Source: a virus. Taken from it: DNA of 64,000 nucleotides. The translations under genes and the position numbers were made by a program. The stretch covers positions 28,495-92,494 of the IMG/VR virus record IMGVR_UViG_3300017917_003339. The stretch is one strand, 5' to 3'. The notes below the pieces were generated by a model. The model saw only the letters and a list, made by a program, of their open reading frames with translations, had not been told where the DNA came from and searched no databases. Below, piece after piece: positions 55,223-63,864 of the stretch (positions are counted from its first letter, which is position 1; each line of letters starts with the position of its first letter).

Positions 55223-55293
55223 CACGGCCACTAGGACTCGAACCTAGAACTTTGGTTTTGGAGACCAAGATTATACCATTTCACTATGGCCGT
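55223..55293 (-). tRNA. tRNA-Trp(CCA)
   Basis: TTGGT-CTCCAAA-ACCAA. Confidence 0.88.
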
Positions 55294-55301
55294 ATTTAAT
55301 T

Positions 55302-55395
55302 TGTTATCGAGGGATTCGAACCCTCACACCCTCACAGGGGTTACGGTTTACCTGCCGCAGTCATTACCCAGTTTACTCTTTTGACTCAGATAACA
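55302..55395 (-). ncRNA. degenerate class-II tRNA-like RNA
   Basis: TGTTATC/GATAACA, canonical T arm, irregular anticodon loop. Confidence 0.5.
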
Positions 55396-55402
55396 AATTT
55401 AG

Positions 55403-55475
55403 GGTGAACGAGGAATTTTGAAATCCCGACCTTCTGAATCACAATCAGACGCTCTGCCTCTGAGCTACGCACACC
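55403..55475 (-). tRNA. tRNA-His(GUG)
   Basis: TCTGA-TTGTGAT-TCAGA, G-1/C73. Confidence 0.85.
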
Positions 55476-55479
55476 ATGT

Positions 55480-56127
55480 TTATTTTCTCCCTTTTAACCA
55501 ACCATCATTTAGATAAGTTTCAAGGTCTTCTTTTTTAATCTTTTTATTAGCACCATCCTTGGTTATCCAACAAGTACCATATTGACTATTTGATTCACCA
55601 ACACCAGTACCTTTTCTTATTTCAGATATCAACTGTTTAGTTTCTTCAGAATGTTTTTTCCCATTCCAATCATAATTAACATTCCTATCAATTTTACCTT
55701 CTTCATATGCTTTTTTAATCGATTTAGACAACGTATCACTTTTTTTCTTATTCCACTCTGGGTCTTGTCTTAAAAGTTTTTGTTTTTCATTTGATTTAAT
55801 AGCATTTAATTTTTGTTCTTCACTAGTAAACCCACGACCACCTTCACCGCCAACAATTAAATTCATACATAAGTACTCTTTAATTAATTCTTTATTAACT
55901 ATCTCACGTTCTCGCTTAGCTAATTTTTCTCTAGTTGGTAAATATTCAAGGATTTCTTTTGTGTGGTTTTCTACGCCATACTTTCTAATTGAATATCTCA
56001 ACCTTTTACCACTTCCCATATAACCATCTTCTAGGTTACACGTACTATGCATCCCTACATAATATTTTCCAGTTACATTACATGTTGTTTTATATATGTA
56101 ATGTATTGTTTTTTCTTTTCTTGCCAT
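55480..56127 (-). CDS. GIY-YIG (Seg-like) homing endonuclease, paralog of 32031-32669
   Basis: MARKEKTIHYIYKTTCNVTGKYYVGMH; near-identical C-terminus. Confidence 0.9.
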   Translation of the reverse strand: MARKEKTIHYIYKTTCNVTGKYYVGMHSTCNLEDGYMGSGKRLRYSIRKYGVENHTKEILEYLPTREKLAKREREIVNKELIKEYLCMNLIVGGEGGRGFTSEEQKLNAIKSNEKQKLLRQDPEWNKKKSDTLSKSIKKAYEEGKIDRNVNYDWNGKKHSEETKQLISEIRKGTGVGESNSQYGTCWITKDGANKKIKKEDLETYLNDGWLKGRK

Positions 56128-56180
56128 TGTCGTATATCTTTTTAATATAAATATACGACAAAGTACAAAAAAGTCAAGTG

Positions 56181-56255
56181 GGTGACTGATGGGGTTCGAA
56201 CCCACGGCCTTCTGAACCACAATCAGACGCTCTAACCAGCTGAGCTACAGCCACC
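56181..56255 (-). tRNA. tRNA-His(GUG)
   Basis: TCTGA-TTGTGGT-TCAGA. Confidence 0.93.
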
Positions 56256-56324
56256 ATGTTTAATTTACTTTCACCGCATTTTTGCGGTGATTATCACCGC
56301 TATTCACCGCATGTGTAAATTTTG

Positions 56325-56415
56325 CGGAGGAGGTGAGACTCGAACTCACACGTCCCTTTCGGGTACCCTCGGTTTTCAAGACCGCTGCCGCTAGGCCAAC
56401 TCGGCTTACTCCTCC
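56325..56415 (-). tRNA. tRNA-Ser(UGA)
   Basis: CGGT-CTTGAAA-ACCG, G73. Confidence 0.93.
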
Positions 56416-56596
56416 GTATTTATAATAACAAAAATTTCAATGAACCCACCTTCTTTTTTAAATTTCAGTTCGCCAGTATATCCACTAGCATCTGCCATTT
56501 TTCTGTACTTGTCAACTATGAGGTCAAAATTCTCTGTTAAGTCGACAGCTTTTTCTCTACCTAAACATTTTACTAATTCACCCATAGTCTTAAAAT

Positions 56597-56631
56597 AAAA
56601 AAACCCGACTTAGTTTTAACTTGTCGGGTTT
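56597..56631 (-). terminator. attenuator terminator of tRNA operon 4
   Basis: AAACCCGAC-AAGTTAAAACTAA-GTCGGG-T7. Confidence 0.9.
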
Positions 56632-56653
56632 ATGTTTTATATTGTTTTAAGGT

Positions 56654-56755
56654 TTAGGTCCAAGTCCCTCCACCTTTACAATTAGACATACCCGACTCTG
56701 GGTGACTATTGCGTCTCCAATTTCTCGAAATCATATGTATGTTAATTGTTCTCAT
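56654..56755 (-). CDS. leader peptide 4 (R/I/N/H/M/S/W sensor): MRTINIHMISRNWRRNSHPESGMSNCKGGGTWT
   Basis: C-terminal part of track ORF 56654-56836; antiterminator GTCGGGT at 56690-56696. Confidence 0.88.
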   Translation of the reverse strand: MRTINIHMISRNWRRNSHPESGMSNCKGGGTWT

Positions 56756-56791
56756 TGTTGTTTTATTTTTAATGTTGTTTTTTAAATTCTT

Positions 56792-56828
56792 TGCAAAGAT
56801 ACGAAGACTTTTTATACGAGTCAAGTTT
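56792..56828 (-). promoter_or_regulatory. promoter of tRNA operon 4
   Basis: ACTTGACT...GTATCTTTGCA. Confidence 0.75.
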
Positions 56829-57045
56829 TTTTGCAATTTTTTTTCTATTTTTTTCTTTTTACCGTTGCTCTAGAAACTTGAACTGTTTTTCTACTGTTAG
56901 TTGTACCTTTTCTTGTTTCTATAACTCTAGTGTGCGCTTTTCTTTTATGTGTCGGCATATCGTTTTATATTAAATATGCTTAAAGATAAAAAAGTTTCAA
57001 AAAATGTAAATATTATTTTAATTATATATGACCATTTAAATTTCG

Positions 57046-57354
57046 TTAGCGTTCAATATATTTTTTACCGTTAAAAGAAACTTCAACAAAAGACCATGTT
57101 GGGTTTAATACTTCTTTTAATATTTCATTAACTTTTTCATGAACTTGTGACACACAAAGATTAACCCTTTCATCGGTTGTAACTTCTGGGTTATCATAGT
57201 TTATATTTATTTTAGCAAATGAATATTGACCGATATTTTCATTTAAACTAGTTTCATCAGTATTTTCATTTATCAACCCCTTTGATTCTAAATATCTTTG
57301 TTCAGTCAGCAAATTAGCTTTTTTAATATTTTTAATTTTATCAAATCTTCTCAT
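57046..57354 (-). CDS. putative late protein
   Basis: MRRFDK..LLTEQRYLE; ATATTTATA upstream. Confidence 0.55.
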   Translation of the reverse strand: MRRFDKIKNIKKANLLTEQRYLESKGLINENTDETSLNENIGQYSFAKININYDNPEVTTDERVNLCVSQVHEKVNEILKEVLNPTWSFVEVSFNGKKYIER

Positions 57355-57386
57355 ATCAATAATTTAATTATAAATATCATAAAAAT

Positions 57387-57836
57387 TTAAAAAATTTCTG
57401 CTGTGATATAAACTTCATTTGTAGTTCCAACCAATTCTCTTCGTTTGAGCCAATCGTTTAAGTTATTAAGACCCTTGAATTGTTGGCCCCAGATATAACC
57501 ATAACCCAAAGATTTTGGGTAGTCTTTTAGTTTGTTACCCCAGCCTTGTCCTCTCACTGATTCATCAACAGCTAGAAGTAAACCTTCAACACCTATAAGA
57601 CCAACGTATTTGTCTTGTACGTATTGTGATGGCAACTGATGGTTTCCTAGTATATAAACACCCTTTATATTGTCATCATCATCCAACAGCAAGGCTGATT
57701 GTTTCCAATTAGCATTGGCTAGGTCTCTCATATAATAATCAAAACCACCTCTGGAGATTACGTGTTTAAAAAAAGGGAAACTGAAATCTAAGACTTCTTG
57801 AACTTGGTTTAAATTGATACCTTGTTTAATTTTCAT
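57387..57836 (-). CDS. GNAT acetyltransferase
   Basis: AVDESVRGQGWG. Confidence 0.7.
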   Translation of the reverse strand: MKIKQGINLNQVQEVLDFSFPFFKHVISRGGFDYYMRDLANANWKQSALLLDDDDNIKGVYILGNHQLPSQYVQDKYVGLIGVEGLLLAVDESVRGQGWGNKLKDYPKSLGYGYIWGQQFKGLNNLNDWLKRRELVGTTNEVYITAEIF

Positions 57837-58314
57837 TTGTTAATATTTCAAAAAATTGATACTGTCTTGGGGACCAAATGTGGTCGAGTTGTTCTTGTGT
57901 GTATTGTATTTGACCGAGCCATGGGTCAAGTATGTTGTATTTTTCGTTATCATACCCATTTACAATTATCCAATGTGGAACCCCTTGTGTGATTGTTCTA
58001 ACAATTGGAATATTTTCAGAATCAATAACACTTTTTAACAATAAGTATGGGTTGGGAGAGTGTACGTATTCAACATATTTCATATCGTACTTCTCAAAGC
58101 CTCTTACCATTCTTTCTGGTGGCGTTCCTACCACCCAATCAGTTCCACAATCTTCAGCGATTTCTTCTATGGGCTTTGTGATAAATACGTCAAAAGGTAA
58201 GTCGTTGGGTTTATTGATTATGTAGTTAAGCGCCATGTACAAACATGTTGGTCCACATGTGTTGCCAGTTGGTTGCTGCTTATAACTAATCGTAATCTTC
58301 TTCATAATCGTCAC
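57826..58314 (-). CDS. C39-like cysteine peptidase
   Basis: QQ...TCGPTC, HWIIVNGYD, DPW. Confidence 0.85.
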   Translation of the reverse strand: MTIMKKITISYKQQPTGNTCGPTCLYMALNYIINKPNDLPFDVFITKPIEEIAEDCGTDWVVGTPPERMVRGFEKYDMKYVEYVHSPNPYLLLKSVIDSENIPIVRTITQGVPHWIIVNGYDNEKYNILDPWLGQIQYTQEQLDHIWSPRQYQFFEILTNEN

Positions 58315-58672
58315 CGTAGTTGTCGTACATATCGTCTATATCGTCTTCGTCGTCATCAAAGTCTGAATCATCTTCATCGCCTATGATTTCTTCTAAGAAT
58401 GCTTCATCAATAAATACTCCGAATGAATCACCAAACAATTTTTTAAGTGATTTAGCTTCTTCGTTTGTGATTTCTTTAAAATCGATTCTTGATAAGAAAT
58501 CATCTCCACTTGAAAATTCTAATTCGTCTTGACCCATTGCGTATACGAAAGGCCATGTAATGCTCATCGCGGTTTCTTCAAAGCTATCAACCTCTTTTTC
58601 GGTCATAACGGTAAAACCGTTGATTTCAATATCATCTAACGTGTCAGTAAATGTTACTAAAAATTTTGTCAT
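58286..58672 (-). CDS. acidic hypothetical protein
   Basis: D/E-rich ORF. Confidence 0.65.
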   Translation of the reverse strand: MTKFLVTFTDTLDDIEINGFTVMTEKEVDSFEETAMSITWPFVYAMGQDELEFSSGDDFLSRIDFKEITNEEAKSLKKLFGDSFGVFIDEAFLEEIIGDEDDSDFDDDEDDIDDMYDNYGDDYEEDYD

Positions 58673-58709
58673 ATTCTTTTTGGTTTATACGAATAAATAT
58701 ACTAACACG

Positions 58710-59288
58710 TTAGTTGAAATCAAGTTTATTTTTCATAAATTGTTTAAAACGTTCAAAGTCTTTTTTTGAACCTAATATATGAGTTTTATTTGCAAATCTT
58801 ATTGCAAAATCTGCCGAATGTAAAGACAACACAAATTCTAACGATTTTGGTTTATTGATATCAAATGTTTGATATATTAAATCAGCGCCTTCTGGAAATA
58901 TACCACGTTGAAAATCATCAAAAGACACAGCTTTTGGGTTCGATACGTCAATGACAACCGCTTTAGTGTTTCTACCCCAATGATTTACATTTTCTTCATC
59001 TCTATTATTCGTTAAAAATATACCTTCTCTAGCAGTAAAGTCTTTATCAACAAATTTTCTTCTTGGTGCTCTGTCATTGAATTCATCAAAATCGTTATTT
59101 GTACCATGATAAAGAATATTTTTAACTTTACTATTAGGAAAAATAGTTTTTAAATATTCGGAATATTCTTTTGGTGTCCCAATTGAATTAAATTCAGGGT
59201 GTTGTTCATATACAAAATACACACCAGAATCAATGTCATTATTAATGTCATTGACTTTGTCTATCATTTTACGAATATTTTCACTCAT
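58710..59288 (-). CDS. possible ADP-ribosyltransferase-fold protein
   Basis: LYHGT..FDEF, GIFLT. Confidence 0.5.
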   Translation of the reverse strand: MSENIRKMIDKVNDINNDIDSGVYFVYEQHPEFNSIGTPKEYSEYLKTIFPNSKVKNILYHGTNNDFDEFNDRAPRRKFVDKDFTAREGIFLTNNRDEENVNHWGRNTKAVVIDVSNPKAVSFDDFQRGIFPEGADLIYQTFDINKPKSLEFVLSLHSADFAIRFANKTHILGSKKDFERFKQFMKNKLDFN

Positions 59289-59296
59289 GTGTTTAA

Positions 59297-60514
59297 CTAT
59301 TTTAATAATTTTTCAAAGTTAGCTGTTTCCATTTTTTGAATGGCTTTACCCAACTCAGGACCTGGTTTCAAGTCGAACTTCTCCATTGCCTCAGGGCCGC
59401 TAACACTAAGTCTGTATTGTTCAAAAGCGTTTAGCAATTTTTCTGGTATGTTTTCTTTCTCACCAAATTCTATAATTTGTTTATCAGAAACACCCGCAGT
59501 TTGTTGCATCTTTTTAAGCAAGTATGCTGTATCAACACTCAACTTTAACAATGAAATCAAAAACACAATAGCTTTGATTTCGTTATCTGAGTATTTCAAT
59601 TCATTTAGCTTTTTTCTTAATAAATCAATATCATTATCCTTTAACAAACTAGCCAATTCAACAATATAACTATCAGCTTTACCAGATTTATTAGTGTACG
59701 CTTTTTTGTTCAATAACATGTTAGGTAATATCCATCTGAATAAATCATATTTATCTAACATTTCCATGTATTTTTTAAGTGATTTAGCTGATATGATACC
59801 TTTAATGAATTCATCTCTTATACGCTCTTGGGAAATATTTTTTGAAGTTTTTGAACCATCTGGATTTATATAAACTGGAAAACCACCTAATCTAGAATCT
59901 TTTTTTAGGGCAGCATCTGTTTCTGGTTCTAAATCTTTCCCAAATAAACCAGCAAATCGTACTGCTCTAAGTATTCTAAGTCTATCTTCACCAAATCTAT
60001 CTTCTGGGGCACCAACTGTTCTAACTGTACCGTTTTTAAGGTCATCAACACCACCTACAAGGTCAACAATTTCTTTTGTATCTATGTCATAGAACAATGC
60101 GTTGATTGTTAAGTCACGTCTTTTAACGTCACCTTCTATGTTGGTAAATGAAACTGCGTCTGGTCTTCTGCCACTAGATAAATCTTCTCTAAATGTTGCG
60201 ATTTCGTATTCCCCTTGGTCTGTAAACACGTTGATAACACCGAATGCTTTACCCGTTGGTAGAGTTCTGAACCCCGCATCTTGCATTATTTCTTCAACTT
60301 TGTCAGGAACAGCGTCTGTTGCTAAGTCAAAGTCTTTAGGTGTTTTACCCAAAAGAGCATCACGCACAGCGCCACCAACCACATATAATTTGTATCCGTT
60401 TTTGGTAAACACCTTTTGGATTTCAATTATATCTGACGGTATCTGGAAGTCGAATTTAATTCTTTCTTCCATGACAAGCCCTTCTCTAAGTATTTGTTTT
60501 ATTTGTGTTTTCAT
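59297..60514 (-). CDS. cca: CCA-adding tRNA nucleotidyltransferase
   Basis: VGGAVRD..DFDLAT, DVKRRDLTINAL, EDRLRILRAVRF. Confidence 0.92.
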   Translation of the reverse strand: MKTQIKQILREGLVMEERIKFDFQIPSDIIEIQKVFTKNGYKLYVVGGAVRDALLGKTPKDFDLATDAVPDKVEEIMQDAGFRTLPTGKAFGVINVFTDQGEYEIATFREDLSSGRRPDAVSFTNIEGDVKRRDLTINALFYDIDTKEIVDLVGGVDDLKNGTVRTVGAPEDRFGEDRLRILRAVRFAGLFGKDLEPETDAALKKDSRLGGFPVYINPDGSKTSKNISQERIRDEFIKGIISAKSLKKYMEMLDKYDLFRWILPNMLLNKKAYTNKSGKADSYIVELASLLKDNDIDLLRKKLNELKYSDNEIKAIVFLISLLKLSVDTAYLLKKMQQTAGVSDKQIIEFGEKENIPEKLLNAFEQYRLSVSGPEAMEKFDLKPGPELGKAIQKMETANFEKLLK

Positions 60515-60536
60515 TTTGCAAAGATACGAATTGTTT

Positions 60537-61730
60537 TTAAATAAAAAAATTTCTTAGTGATTTTTTTATTTCATTTAAATTTCTAGACACTTGTTTTTTC
60601 TCTTTTGGTTGTTTAATTCCAAAATCCATTATCTTCATGGCCGTTGGTAAATCTAGATAAGTTTCAATCATTCTATTTACAAAGCTATCATAAATTTCAC
60701 CATCATCGTTAGAATCACCCATATCTCTGTTAGCCATATTGTATAATCTTCCAGCATCCCCACCATAATCTGAATAATCATACATAAGCGGTTTTGTAAG
60801 CACATGCATGAAATTTTCTGAGTCTGAAGGATATGAAAAATCTATAATTATGTAACAATATCCGTTGGTAGAATTTTTATACCAATCTTCCAGATTATTA
60901 GAACTACCTTTTTTATTGTAAGTAAAACACCAAACAGAATTACAACCAATTTGTTTTATACCTTCTGGTCCAGAAACTTCGATAATCATTATGTTACCTT
61001 TGTTGTATTTAACTTTTAACTCATTAGCGTTCTGTTTATCTTGTTTAAGGATTTGTTGTATTTGTTCTCTACTTAAATCGAAACCACCCAATAGACTATC
61101 TTTGTTGTAAAGGAAATCCATTACGTCATCAAGCGTTGTGTTGTTTGTGAATATCTTAGCTAGAATTCTACGTCTGGCATCTTCATTTCTATTGTTTAAT
61201 TGACTAAGATATCTATCACCATTTTCCAACATATCTCTATAACGGTTCATTTCGTTACCATCTCTCTCTTTTCGTATATCAGCTTTCATGTTTCGCTTTG
61301 CGATTGATGGCCATTCGTTAAAAATGTTAATTATCTTTGCGCGCTGAGTTAATGCTCTGATTAAACCATTTGTATCTTGAACACCGTTTATGTTGAATCC
61401 TTTGATTGGAAAGACATTTTTATTATATTCTTTTAATTGGTTGTATAACGGTCTTAATTTTTTTAAGTCTTCAATATTCATAACATCATTCTCTGGTTTT
61501 TCAGTTTCTTGATGTTCTGGGTCAATCTGTTTTAAAGCCCAATCACCAGTTCTATGATTATTCATTAACATTGTATGATAAATGTCAGTCATAATTTTAG
61601 TGTATGGGTCTCCATTGGTGACGCGTAATATTATTTCTCTAACTCTAGGTGATAATTCACCAGAATTAAAATAAACTTTATCAGCCAATTGTAGGTTTTC
61701 TTTAAGTAATTTCTTAATCAGTTGTTTCAT
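60537..61730 (-). CDS. putative late/virion protein (MKQLIKKLLKE)
   Basis: N-terminal motif; SVWCF motif resembling 27464-29791. Confidence 0.6.
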   Translation of the reverse strand: MKQLIKKLLKENLQLADKVYFNSGELSPRVREIILRVTNGDPYTKIMTDIYHTMLMNNHRTGDWALKQIDPEHQETEKPENDVMNIEDLKKLRPLYNQLKEYNKNVFPIKGFNINGVQDTNGLIRALTQRAKIINIFNEWPSIAKRNMKADIRKERDGNEMNRYRDMLENGDRYLSQLNNRNEDARRRILAKIFTNNTTLDDVMDFLYNKDSLLGGFDLSREQIQQILKQDKQNANELKVKYNKGNIMIIEVSGPEGIKQIGCNSVWCFTYNKKGSSNNLEDWYKNSTNGYCYIIIDFSYPSDSENFMHVLTKPLMYDYSDYGGDAGRLYNMANRDMGDSNDDGEIYDSFVNRMIETYLDLPTAMKIMDFGIKQPKEKKQVSRNLNEIKKSLRNFFI

Positions 61731-62925
61731 CTTTTTTAAATGGATTTGTGTTGCCAATTCCGTTGGCCTCATAATACAGGTCCCAATCCAATATTGATTC
61801 GTTGGTAGCTCTAGCGTTTATTTTTGACATAACATCTGATTGTTCATCATCCTTAGCCAGAGCATATAGTTTGTGTATTTTTTTTATCATTTTATCACTA
61901 AAATACTTGAAACGTTTTTCTTCATATTTAAAGAATTGTTGGTAAGAATCGAATTTATCTAAGTTTTTTTGATATTTTTGTATTTCTTTTCTAGCAACTC
62001 TATTCATTTGTAATAACATACTAATAAATGGGTCGTTTAATCTAGCTGAGGATTTGTAGCTTTCAACCTTATGACTTCTGATTAGGTCAAATGTTACTTT
62101 CAATAGTAAACTAATCAATTCGTCTTCAGTCGGTGGAATATCATAACCAGCATCATCTAATATTTTTGCTATGCGTCTTCTATATGGTCTTAAATCGTTT
62201 ATAAGACCTTCTAATGAGAATGAATTTATTTTCTTTAAATTGTTGTAAGTATCATTTGTTTTTAAGAACTCCAAGAATTGTTTTTTGGTAATGTCTAATT
62301 GCTCAATATATGAGGCAACTTCAGTGGCTCTAACAGCATATTCTATTTCTGTCATAAAATACAAATCATGAATGAATTCATCCAATGGTGGTATTTGTGT
62401 TTGTATCTGTGTATAGACTCTATACTCACTATCCGATTGTATTGGCCTAGATTTGATTTTTGTGAGGTCAAAAGCGTGTTTAAGTTCATGAGTTATCGCC
62501 ATTGTAAGTTTAGGTTGTTCTTTTTCCAAGGAAGCAAGAACATCACCAACAGTCGTTGTTGGGCTCACAGCGATGTTTATAAATAATTTTGTTTGACCTT
62601 CTTTATTTATAACAATGTTTCTAAATTTATCTGGGTCAAAACTACTTCGATTTCTTACACTCATACCATATACTACTGGTAACGATGGGTCTGGTCTTTG
62701 GATTGTATTTAAATTGATTTCAAGTTTTATCTTACTAAACACTACATCACCGATTTTATATTCACCTCTTAATGTAGTTTTTTTCTTTATTGCAAAGATA
62801 CTTGCATCAGAAGGTTGTTGTCTAAAATATTCCAATAATTCACCATATACTTGAATTCCAACTTTGGTCAAGTTTTCTGGTACCCCTAGGGCTTCTCTAA
62901 GTAATTGTTTAATTATATTTTTCAT
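61714..62925 (-). CDS. putative late protein with HExxH motif (MKNIIKQLLRE)
   Basis: ITHELKHAFD. Confidence 0.6.
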   Translation of the reverse strand: MKNIIKQLLREALGVPENLTKVGIQVYGELLEYFRQQPSDASIFAIKKKTTLRGEYKIGDVVFSKIKLEINLNTIQRPDPSLPVVYGMSVRNRSSFDPDKFRNIVINKEGQTKLFINIAVSPTTTVGDVLASLEKEQPKLTMAITHELKHAFDLTKIKSRPIQSDSEYRVYTQIQTQIPPLDEFIHDLYFMTEIEYAVRATEVASYIEQLDITKKQFLEFLKTNDTYNNLKKINSFSLEGLINDLRPYRRRIAKILDDAGYDIPPTEDELISLLLKVTFDLIRSHKVESYKSSARLNDPFISMLLQMNRVARKEIQKYQKNLDKFDSYQQFFKYEEKRFKYFSDKMIKKIHKLYALAKDDEQSDVMSKINARATNESILDWDLYYEANGIGNTNPFKKDETTD

Positions 62926-62975
62926 ACCTATAAATATTCAGTAAAATAAAAAAGGGCTTGTTACAGCCCTTATTT

Positions 62976-63347
62976 TTATTGTTTTACCAACTCTAATTCT
63001 TTAACTTTAGATTTGATTTTTTCAACTAAGTTCTTGTTGTCAGTAAGACTTAATTCGCTTTCAATCGATTCTACCAAATTTCTCATCGCTTTGAAATATG
63101 GAATTGATGAAGTCTTAACGTATTGTGGGAACAAACTGTGTTTTAAATCCCATTTATATCCGTTGGTGTTAACCACTCTGATATTTACGTTTTCACCAGC
63201 AATTGTAAGTGTTGCGTAGTGTAATTCACCATCTCTAGTAAAAGGGATGATTTTGTAAAATGTTTTTTCGTTGATAACGAATAAGTGTTGTGCTGATTTA
63301 GCAATGTAAGCCTTAGCTTCTTTGATTTTTTGTTCTTGTGTTTTCAT
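62976..63347 (-). CDS. hypothetical protein
   Basis: ORF. Confidence 0.6.
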   Translation of the reverse strand: MKTQEQKIKEAKAYIAKSAQHLFVINEKTFYKIIPFTRDGELHYATLTIAGENVNIRVVNTNGYKWDLKHSLFPQYVKTSSIPYFKAMRNLVESIESELSLTDNKNLVEKIKSKVKELELVKQ

Positions 63348-63408
63348 TTTTGTCCAAGTTTAAGTTTATTTTTATTATTTTTCGTTAGTCTTGGACAATA
63401 ATTAAAAC

Positions 63409-63864
63409 TTAACATCTTTTTTTACCACAATATGTTTCTGTTTGAGAATGACAATTAGCACACAAAAACCTTAAGTTTTCTAATCTATTGTCATTATTAA
63501 CACCATTTATATGGTCTAACTGTAATGAAAGAGGTTTACCCATCCATTCACCTAAGTTTCCGCAAGTTTTACATTTGTATTCTAATTTTTCTTCTTGTAC
63601 TAACCTAATTTTTAATCTAAAATTATTTGTGTATTCAGAATTTTCTACTAATATATCTTCCAACGGTACTCTATGGTTTCCACAAACCCATCTATTTGAG
63701 GTTATGGTTAACCCCTCACTGGTGATTCTTTCTTTTATTCTTTTAAAATTGTAACCAGTTTTGGTATAGTTTAGTTTTTGACAAATCTCACCAATACTAG
63801 TTGACGTATCAACTAAATATTTAATTTGTTCAGATGTTTGTTCGTCTATTTTTGTTTTTTTCAT
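63409..63864 (-). CDS. HNH homing endonuclease
   Basis: LQLDHINGVNNDNRLENLRFLCANCHSQT. Confidence 0.9.
   Translation of the reverse strand: MKKTKIDEQTSEQIKYLVDTSTSIGEICQKLNYTKTGYNFKRIKERITSEGLTITSNRWVCGNHRVPLEDILVENSEYTNNFRLKIRLVQEEKLEYKCKTCGNLGEWMGKPLSLQLDHINGVNNDNRLENLRFLCANCHSQTETYCGKKRC

Noticed and set aside
56270-56312. TCACCGC short repeats with one inverted copy
   Set aside because: Too short and isolated to support a functional call
14641-56415. Recurrent GGTTCGA(A/G)TCC motif as possible CRISPR repeats
   Set aside because: These are tRNA T loops; there is no constant repeat-spacer period and no cas genes
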